From IMG/VR virus record IMGVR_UViG_3300036770_002369, positions 1 to 57,863 of that record: a stretch of DNA of 57,863 nt; one strand, written 5' to 3'. Both the position numbers and the translations under genes were made by a program. This DNA comes from a virus (lineage: Duplodnaviria; Caudoviricetes). The notes under the pieces were generated by a model that saw only the letters and a program-made list of their open reading frames with translations, was not told where the DNA came from and ran no database searches. This document shows positions 1 to 5,096 of the stretch, piece after piece (position 1 is the stretch's first letter; the number at the start of each line of letters is the position of its first letter).

Positions 1-30
1 GGCTGGGGGCCTCTGAGGGCTAGCCAGGCA

Positions 31-80
31 GGCTAGGGCTCATGGGGGCTAGGGCTCATGGGGGCTAGGGCTAGGGCTAG
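31..80 (+). repeat. G-rich tandem repeat: GGCTAGGGCTCATGGG x2 followed by GGGCTA hexamer repeats
   Basis: The 16-bp unit is at 31-46 and 47-62, then GGCTAGGGCTAGGGCTAG. It lies within a run of GGG tracts extending to about 111. Confidence 0.85.
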
Positions 81-122
81 GCCGGGGGGTTCATAGGGGG
101 CCGGGTGGGGGTTTCCAAAATC

Positions 123-165
123 GGGTCAAAAAATTCGTGCAGGTTCAACACGGCATTTTTGACCC
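123..165. repeat. Inverted repeat GGGTCAAAAA / TTTTTGACCC with 23-nt spacer
   Basis: Perfect 10-bp arms at 123-132 and 156-165 in an AT-richer non-coding patch. Confidence 0.7.
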
Positions 166-326
166 CTGGAGCCCAACCCGAAAGTTTATCGAGCGGTTCC
201 ACTATTCCACACGGGTCACATGAACCCCTATTGTTCTTACAGGGGTGGAAGAAAACACGAGGGTTCGATCTCCCGCTGGACGAGTCCTCCGTCCAGCGGG
301 AGGGGGGATCAGAGCCTGGTTTGAGA

Positions 327-376
327 TGATGACCTGCCGGGGAGTCGAACCCGGGGGCGCTCCGCCGTGTTGGTCA
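327..376 (-). other. tRNA-like mini-structure (T-arm plus acceptor-like stem), not a full tRNA
   Basis: Minus strand reads TGACC...CCGGGTTCGACTCCCCGG-CA-GGTCA-TCA: a GTTCGA T-loop hairpin inside a TGACC/GGTCA stem. Only about 50 nt, with no anticodon arm. Confidence 0.45.
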
Positions 377-700
377 AGCGTTTTCGGCATCGTCATGGAG
401 CAAGTCCCCTGCGGCCTGCTCCACGTCTTGAATCATCGCCGCACAAGCGAGGTAGGACATGAGCCCGTCTACTCCGTGCTTTCGGACGATCTCCGAAAGA
501 TCGCCGTACTCTGCGCCCGCCTCGGAACTTTTCGAGAGGGCGAGAACGAACGGCGCGAACCTGCTGTAGATGACCCACTGGTGGCCATCCACCGTCTCGT
601 GGATGACCTCACACAAGTCCCGGTTGTGCTCCCGGGCCTCTTCGCTCGCGTCCTTCGCCAGACTCGCAATCTCGTCTTGGTAGTCGCTCAAGGTGATCAT
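374..700 (-). CDS. Acidic Ocr (T7 gp0.3)-like putative anti-restriction DNA-mimic protein, 108 aa
   Basis: ATG at 700 with RBS GGGAGG. D/E-rich. The segment DLCEVIHETVDGHQWVIY resembles the Ocr segment DLHDAIHMAADNAVPHYY. Size is similar to Ocr and the gene lies among early genes. Confidence 0.55.
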   Translation of the reverse strand: MITLSDYQDEIASLAKDASEEAREHNRDLCEVIHETVDGHQWVIYSRFAPFVLALSKSSEAGAEYGDLSEIVRKHGVDGLMSYLACAAMIQDVEQAAGDLLHDDAENA

Positions 701-739
701 CAATCCTCCCTCTGCCCCGTATACCGTATGACGCTCAGG

Positions 740-767
740 GCGGTCAGCCCTGCTGGCTCTCAGCCAG
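740..767. repeat. 28-bp direct repeat, copy 1 (copy 2 at 1037-1064)
   Basis: GCGGTCAGCCCTGCTGGCTCTCAGCCAG vs GCGGTCAGCCCTGCTGGATCTCCGCCAG, 26/28 identical. Confidence 0.85.
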
Positions 768-788
768 AAGGGAGAGCACAGTACGCGC

Positions 789-817
789 AGACGGCGCCCC
801 GCGAGCAGGCGCCGTCT
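789..817 (-). terminator. GC-rich stem-loop downstream of the 825-1025 gene (terminator or RNA processing site)
   Basis: AGACGGCGCC (789-798) pairs with GGCGCCGTCT (808-817). No strong U-tail. Confidence 0.45.
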
Positions 818-824
818 CGGCTTG

Positions 825-1025
825 TCAGCGGATGGTGACGATGAGCAGGTCATCGCCGTTGACGTCGGTCGTGTAGCCCGCCCACGACTCGCCGTTGCCG
901 TCCTCGTAACGCTCCCACTTGAGAGCCTTGTTGTAGGTTTGCACCCACTGCTTCGCGTCGTTGACCGTGCGGAACGTCTCCTCGACGCCGTAAGTGGTGA
1001 GGGTGAAGGTGGTCGCCATCGTCAT
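825..1025 (-). CDS. Small hypothetical phage early protein, 66 aa
   Basis: Strong RBS GAGGAGGA before ATG, GC3-rich codons, co-oriented with its neighbours. Confidence 0.8.
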   Translation of the reverse strand: MTMATTFTLTTYGVEETFRTVNDAKQWVQTYNKALKWERYEDGNGESWAGYTTDVNGDDLLIVTIR

Positions 1026-1036
1026 GTCCTCCTCGT

Positions 1037-1064
1037 GCGGTCAGCCCTGCTGGATCTCCGCCAG
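1037..1064. repeat. 28-bp direct repeat, copy 2 (overlaps the 3' end of the 1041-1238 gene)
   Basis: 26/28 identical to 740-767. Encodes LAEIQQG-stop on the minus strand. Confidence 0.85.
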
Positions 1065-1238
1065 GGCGGCTTCGCGGGCCTGGGCCTCCGCCCGCAGGCG
1101 CGTGAGACGCGCCATCGTCTCCTGATACGCCCGGTCCAACCGGGCGTTCGCCCGAGACCGGGCAGCCCGCTCCTGCTCCATCTGAGTCCGGAGTTCCCGG
1201 GCTCTCTCAATCTCCAGGGCAAGGCCAAGTCCGCTCAT
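1041..1238 (-). CDS. Small coiled-coil hypothetical protein, 65 aa, probably leaderless
   Basis: ATG at 1238 sits exactly 7 nt after the GGATAG box of the class I motif. Sequence is A/R/E-rich and helical. Confidence 0.75.
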   Translation of the reverse strand: MSGLGLALEIERARELRTQMEQERAARSRANARLDRAYQETMARLTRLRAEAQAREAALAEIQQG

Positions 1239-1282
1239 ACCTGAGCTATCCGCGAGACCCCCCGGTTTAGCCACAATCGACA
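1239..1282 (-). promoter_or_regulatory. Class I (early-type) promoter motif, copy 1
   Basis: Minus strand TGTCGATTGTGGCTAAACC-GGGGGGTCTCGC-GGATAG-CTCAGGT-ATG. Confidence 0.8.
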
Positions 1283-1296
1283 CCTTCACCTGTTTT

Positions 1297-1340
1297 TGTC
1301 GATTGTGGCTAAACCAGCCACGGTCGCGGATAGGTTAGGC
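1297..1340 (+). promoter_or_regulatory. Class I promoter motif, copy 2 (divergent from copy 1)
   Basis: TGTCGATTGTGGCTAAACC-AGCCACGGTCGC-GGATAG-GTTAGGC-ATG(1341). Confidence 0.8.
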
Positions 1341-1655
1341 ATGAACAGCAAGGTGGCGATGACGAACGACGGTGTTGAGGTGGTCCCCGGAATGGGGGCC
1401 ACCGTGTCGGTGGGTAGCGACTGCTACCCGTACACGGTGGTTGCGGTGCTCTCGCACCGCAAGTGCCTGGTGAGGCGAGACAACTTCCGCCTCGACGAGC
1501 ACCACTACGGAATCGGCTTCGAGCCCGACTTGGGGGCCGTCCCCGAGGAGGCCACCCGGTGCCGCGACGGCAGGTGGGTGGTGGGCCGGACGAAGGCGGA
1601 CGGCACCCGCCTCACCATCGGGGTGCGGCGGGCCTACCTGGACCCCCACTTTTGA
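1341..1655 (+). CDS. Conserved-looking phage hypothetical protein, 104 aa (GMGAT..GSD.YP.TV ... Y.DPxF type)
   Basis: Leaderless ATG at the fixed promoter distance. The motif pattern is one I recognise from phage early-region proteins of unknown function. Confidence 0.75.
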   Translation: MNSKVAMTNDGVEVVPGMGATVSVGSDCYPYTVVAVLSHRKCLVRRDNFRLDEHHYGIGFEPDLGAVPEEATRCRDGRWVVGRTKADGTRLTIGVRRAYLDPHF

Positions 1656-1661
1656 GCCCGG

Positions 1662-1696
1662 TCAGGGAGGGTGTGGTTTCGGCACACCCTCCCTGA
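1662..1696 (+). terminator. 14-bp perfect stem-loop after the 1341-1655 gene
   Basis: TCAGGGAGGGTGTG (1662-1675) / CACACCCTCCCTGA (1683-1696), loop contains TTCG. Confidence 0.65.
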
Positions 1697-1764
1697 AATC
1701 CGTGCCGGTCGTAGCCGGGAGGGATCTAAGAATCCTCATGGGGTTCTTCGCCCTGGGCGGACGA

Positions 1765-1808
1765 TGTCGATTGTGGCTAAACCCATCGGGGTTCCGGATA
1801 GCTTAGAT
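1765..1808 (+). promoter_or_regulatory. Class I promoter motif, copy 3
   Basis: TGTCGATTGTGGCTAAACC-CATCGGGGTTCC-GGATAG-CTTAGAT-ATG(1809), followed by a hairpin plus RBS leader. Confidence 0.8.
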
Positions 1809-1836
1809 ATGGGGGAGCGACCCCCGGGAGGTTTCA

Positions 1837-2028
1837 ATGGCGGACAACACGGACAAGCTCCTCACCCTGATGTTCAAGGCCAAGAGCCCGGAAGTTCGTG
1901 ATGCGATTTGGGGCCTGATCCGGCAGAGACTTGCCGGTCGAGCGGTCGCTCCCGACGCCCGCCTAAACAAGTCGGCGGTCTACCGCCAAGCGGTCAAGAT
2001 CGCGGAGTCGGCTTCCCGCGCCCCTTGA
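1837..2028 (+). CDS. Small basic hypothetical protein, 63 aa
   Basis: RBS GGGAGG before ATG 1837, downstream of class I promoter copy 3. Confidence 0.75.
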   Translation: MADNTDKLLTLMFKAKSPEVRDAIWGLIRQRLAGRAVAPDARLNKSAVYRQAVKIAESASRAP

Positions 2029-2101
2029 TCCGTCCGGGGGCTCAGGGACCGAGCCCCCTAGAACGGGACGGACGTCCCGTTCCCCCTTTTCGCACGGACG
2101 A

Positions 2102-2145
2102 TGTCGATTGTGGCTAAACCAGTCGGGTTGGTGGATAGCTTGGAC
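2102..2145 (+). promoter_or_regulatory. Class I promoter motif, copy 4
   Basis: TGTCGATTGTGGCTAAACC-AGTCGGGTTGGT-GGATAG-CTTGGAC-ATG(2146), followed by the same 23-nt leader as copy 3. Confidence 0.8.
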
Positions 2146-2173
2146 ATGGGGGAGCGACCCCCGGGAGGGCGAG

Positions 2174-2392
2174 ATGGTTGAGATGGCAGTTCGGAAGTTC
2201 GGCTTCAGCGTCGTCGAGGAGGGCTACGCCCTGTTCGACGACGCCACCCGCTCGTGGTGGGTGAGCCCTGCCCGAGACGTGGCCCGTCTCGGGCAGATGG
2301 TGGAGGAGGGGGTGCCGGACGCCTACAGCGTCTGGTGCTCGGAAACGAGCGCCCGCGAGATGCCGTCGGGCTGGACGCCCGACGAGGGCTGA
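2174..2392 (+). CDS. Small hypothetical protein, about 72 aa (start 2174 or 2183)
   Basis: RBS GGGAGG at 2163-2168, in-frame ATG at 2174. The ORF-track start at 2108 lies inside the promoter motif. Confidence 0.7.
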   Translation: MVEMAVRKFGFSVVEEGYALFDDATRSWWVSPARDVARLGQMVEEGVPDAYSVWCSETSAREMPSGWTPDEG

Positions 2393-2447
2393 ACGCCCCT
2401 TTCCCGTAAGGGGCTCTGATCTAGGAGCCCGATGGAGTAGGAGAGAC

Positions 2448-3014
2448 ATGATTGAACGAAAGATGATCCGCATCCAGGGAGGCACCTACCTGATGGGCGC
2501 CTCCCCCGACGACACCGAGGCGTTCAATTCCGAGCGCCCCCAGCACGAGGTCGCCGTGGGCGACTTCGAGATCGAGAACCTGCCCGTGACCAACGGGCTC
2601 TGGTTCGAGATCATGGGCGGCGACGAGCCCTTGCCCGAGGAGCGGGATCTGCCCAAGGTTTACGTTTCGTGGGTCGAGGGTGCAGCGTTTATGAACGCTC
2701 GGAGCGAGCGTGAGGGGCTGAAGCCCGTCTACAGCTTCGCCCCGGACGGAACCGTGACCGAGGATTCCGAGGCGGACGGCTACCGCTACCCCTCCGAAGA
2801 GGAGTGGGAGTACGCGGCTCGGGCCGGGACGACGACGCCTCGCTACGGCAAGGTCGAGGACATCGCCGGGGTCGACACCAACTCGACCCCGCCCGTCGGG
2901 ACGAAGCAGCCGAACGCCTGGGGGCTCTACGACATGCTCGGTCTCGTCTGGGAATGGACCGGGACCGTGTACGAGAGCTACGCGGAAAAGATCAAGCGGC
3001 GAGGTGCGAAGTGA
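2448..3014 (+). CDS. FGE-sulfatase (SUMF1/CLec-fold) domain protein lacking its C-terminal RGGSW...GxR segment
   Basis: Hallmarks I.GG.Y.MG, E.PQH.V....F.I...PVTN, P.V.VSW..A, YRYPSEEEWEYAARAG, KQPNAWGLYDMLGLVWEW. Stops 17 residues after VWEW. RBS AGGAGA. Confidence 0.9.
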   Translation: MIERKMIRIQGGTYLMGASPDDTEAFNSERPQHEVAVGDFEIENLPVTNGLWFEIMGGDEPLPEERDLPKVYVSWVEGAAFMNARSEREGLKPVYSFAPDGTVTEDSEADGYRYPSEEEWEYAARAGTTTPRYGKVEDIAGVDTNSTPPVGTKQPNAWGLYDMLGLVWEWTGTVYESYAEKIKRRGAK

Positions 3015-3145
3015 TCTACTACATCCTGCGGGGCGGTTCGTGGTTCAGTCAACCCTCGTATGCGCGTGCGTCCTACCGTAACAGTCACACGCCCGCGTAC
3101 CGCGTCGAGATCGTCGGCCTCCGCTGCGCTAGGAGGGCGAGATGA
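3011..3145 (+). CDS. FGE/CLec C-terminal variable-segment peptide 1, 44 aa
   Basis: GTG overlaps the upstream stop (GTGA), RBS GAGGTG. Translation MIYYILRGGSWFSQPSYARASYRNSHTPAYRVEIVGLRCARRAR. Confidence 0.8.
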   Translation: MIYYILRGGSWFSQPSYARASYRNSHTPAYRVEIVGLRCARRAR

Positions 3146-3276
3146 TCCCCTACATCTTGCGTGGCGGTTCGTGGGACTTCATTCCCATGTTCTCGCGCGC
3201 GTCCGACCGTTTATGGGGCGTGCCTGCGAAACGCTACGTTGGCGTCGGCCTCCGATGCGCTAGGATGGCGGGGTGA
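3142..3276 (+). CDS. FGE/CLec C-terminal variable-segment peptide 2, 44 aa (absent from the ORF track)
   Basis: ATGA overlap, RBS AGGAGG at 3131-3136. Translation MIPYILRGGSWDFIPMFSRASDRLWGVPAKRYVGVGLRCARMAG. Confidence 0.8.
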   Translation: MIPYILRGGSWDFIPMFSRASDRLWGVPAKRYVGVGLRCARMAG

Positions 3277-3491
3277 CCCCTTCTATCTTGCGCCCCAAGT
3301 CGGGCCGAGACCGAACCTGGGCCAACGTCCCCCGAAAGGCCCGGGTCGTCTACCGGACCCTGAAGCGTGTCTTTCGGGGCGGAAGCTCCCATCTCGCACC
3401 TCACGCTTTCAGCGTGTCTAGTCGAGGTAAGGCACCCTCTCCAGAAAGCAGCGTTTACATCGGCCTCCGGTGCGCCCGTCGGGCAAGATGA
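3273..3491 (+). CDS. FGE/CLec C-terminal variable-segment peptide 3 with basic N-terminal extension, 72 aa
   Basis: GTGA overlap. Ends RVFRGGSSHLAPHAFSVSSRGKAPSPESSVYIGLRCARRAR, with the same 25-residue RGGS-to-GLR spacing as peptides 1 and 2. Confidence 0.75.
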   Translation: MTPSILRPKSGRDRTWANVPRKARVVYRTLKRVFRGGSSHLAPHAFSVSSRGKAPSPESSVYIGLRCARRAR

Positions 3492-3573
3492 ACCGCAGCC
3501 GCTCGCTACACAACGACCACCCGAGCCCCCTAGATCGAAAGAACTGGACGTTCGCCCCTTCCCGCACGGGCGA

Positions 3574-3617
3574 TGTCGATTGTGGCTAAACCAGTCGGGT
3601 TGGCGGATAGGTTAGAC
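3574..3617 (+). promoter_or_regulatory. Class I promoter motif, copy 5
   Basis: TGTCGATTGTGGCTAAACC-AGTCGGGTTGGC-GGATAG-GTTAGAC-ATG(3618). Confidence 0.8.
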
Positions 3618-3986
3618 ATGACCAACCTCGCCAACCTCGCCAACCTCGCCAACCTCGCCAACTTCACCGGGCTCCGCGTGGACGTCCTCACCGTCGCGGA
3701 GATGAGGCTGATGTTCCGAGTCCTGCGGAACATCAGCATCAACAACGGGGGGGTCGAGAGCCCCCGAGAGTTCGAGGAACTCTGCCGCCTCTGGATCCCG
3801 GAGGGGGACGAGTCCCCCTCCGCGTGGGTTCACGCGGCCTACGCGGTGGCGCTCCTTACCCGCCGCGTGGAGGACGAGCCTGAGTTTGAGGACGACGCCG
3901 AGGACGAGGCCGAGGACGAGGCCCGGTGGGCCGAAGACGCCGCCCTCCACGCCGCCGAGCAGGCGGCTCGCCGCACGGGCGAGTGA
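3618..3986 (+). CDS. Hypothetical protein with N-terminal NLA repeats and acidic tail, 122 aa, probably leaderless
   Basis: ATG at the fixed promoter distance. C-terminal EDEPEFEDDAEDEAEDE tract. Confidence 0.75.
   Translation: MTNLANLANLANLANFTGLRVDVLTVAEMRLMFRVLRNISINNGGVESPREFEELCRLWIPEGDESPSAWVHAAYAVALLTRRVEDEPEFEDDAEDEAEDEARWAEDAALHAAEQAARRTGE
3622..3662 (+). repeat. 9-bp tandem repeat CCAACCTCG x4.5 (in frame, NLA)
   Basis: Read directly from the sequence. Confidence 0.9.
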
Positions 3987-3998
3987 GCCGCCCCCCAA

Positions 3999-4043
3999 GG
4001 ACTCAGAGACGTTCAGTAAGGTTAGCCCTGCGTCTCTGAGTCC
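3999..4043. terminator. 13-bp stem-loop between converging transcription units
   Basis: GGACTCAGAGACG (3999-4011) / CGTCTCTGAGTCC (4031-4043). Confidence 0.55.
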
Positions 4044-4199
4044 CTCCTCGTCGTGAAGTGCGATCTGGCCCCCAGTGGGGAAGCGACGTGAGCCCTGGCG
4101 CCCGTATCCCACCTGTAAGAAATCAGGTACTTACGAGACGCTATTCGGAGTGGTCAAAAACCAGCCTCCCAAGACTTCTGACCGCTCTGTTCAGTAGTC

Positions 4200-5096
4200 C
4201 TATTGGACCCAGCGGGCAGCTTGCTCCTTGAGGAGTGCCAATGCTCGGGAGACGGTGCCCTTCGGAAGATGAAGCTGGGCGGCGATCTCGATGCGGTTCA
4301 GCCCCTGATGGACGAGCGGCAAAATCTGGATGGCCACCCCCAGGTCCGGCCCCGAACCCGAAGCCCGTAGATGACGCAAGAAATCAGCCTCGGCATCCAC
4401 GGACTCCGTCATCCTCGGGTCCGACGAAGCGACCTCCCCTACGTCCTGGTCCTCACCGTCTGCTGCCGGTAAGCCCACCTGCTCTACCTGACGACGCCGA
4501 TTCTCCCGACGATGGAAGTTCGACAGGATGCACGAACAGACCATGTGGACGTAGTGGCCGAACGACGACTTTGAGGCGTCCCAAGCGCACCGACCCGCGT
4601 TCCTCGCCAACAGCCCCCGGTACACCTCCTGAAGCACGTCCTCCGGATCGTAGCCCGCTGCGAAGATGCGCGTCCCGAACCCGGCGAAGAGGAGCTTCCG
4701 CACCTCGTCCGCCCGGTTCTCCAAGTCGATGCCCGTAGGCCCCTTGGACGGCACCACGGTGAGCCCAGGACGCAAGACCGCCCCCGTGGAGGGAGGAGCG
4801 ACCGTCAGCCCCTCAGAAGCCGTCGTAGGTGCTCTACGGCATATCTCCGTGAGACTCGCCTCCGGCACCACCGAGCGACTCGACCAAGCCCCCAGTCGAA
4901 AGTAGCGGTCGAACGTCCAGTTCTTACGACCCCGACCCGCGACCGAGTCCAGCAGCGAGCGTACCGACGTGTAGATCGGGCCTGCCTCACCTACCTGGTA
5001 TCCGAACGAAAGAACCTCGACCCGACGACCCCCGTCCTCGTGTCGTGTGTATAGGACGGCGGGCTTTCCCGTGCTGATCTTCTGAACAGAGTGCAA
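4200..5096 (-). CDS. ECF-like sigma-70 family factor with N-terminal DUF2924/RAMA-like domain
   Basis: Region-2-like DPEDVLQEVYRGLL...WDASKSSFGHYVHMV...LSNFHRRE and region-4 HTH GLNRIEIAAQLHLPKGTVSRAL. TTG start with RBS GGAGGT. Confidence 0.75.
   Translation of the reverse strand: MHSVQKISTGKPAVLYTRHEDGGRRVEVLSFGYQVGEAGPIYTSVRSLLDSVAGRGRKNWTFDRYFRLGAWSSRSVVPEASLTEICRRAPTTASEGLTVAPPSTGAVLRPGLTVVPSKGPTGIDLENRADEVRKLLFAGFGTRIFAAGYDPEDVLQEVYRGLLARNAGRCAWDASKSSFGHYVHMVCSCILSNFHRRENRRRQVEQVGLPAADGEDQDVGEVASSDPRMTESVDAEADFLRHLRASGSGPDLGVAIQILPLVHQGLNRIEIAAQLHLPKGTVSRALALLKEQAARWVQ

Noticed and set aside
327-376. Functional tRNA gene
   Set aside because: About 50 nt only, with no D-arm/anticodon arm. 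Kept only as a tRNA-like element.
2448-3014. Catalytic formylglycine-generating enzyme
   Set aside because: The catalytic Cys pair that follows RGGS in true FGE is missing from all cassettes and no sulfatase is nearby.
2448-3491. Complete DGR, or a simple FGE pseudogene
   Set aside because: No RT, avd or AAC-rich template repeat is in the window. A decayed gene would not be expected to leave three intact, equally spaced, translationally coupled C-terminal ORFs.
3488-3589. Fourth coupled mini-ORF (MNRSRSLHND...) after cassette 3
   Set aside because: It has an ATGA overlap but no RGGS/GLR motif, no clear RBS, and it runs into the next promoter.
1239-3617. Repeated 19-bp motif as a CRISPR array
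   Set aside because: Copies are hundreds of bp apart, on both strands, and each has a fixed downstream GGATAG-N7-ATG. This is promoter architecture, not repeat-spacer.
1041-3986. ORF-track N-termini reading (M/V)SIVAKP or MWLNQSG as a shared signal peptide
   Set aside because: These are translations of the promoter DNA motif in different frames. Real starts are the ATG 7 nt after GGATAG or the SD-led ATGs.
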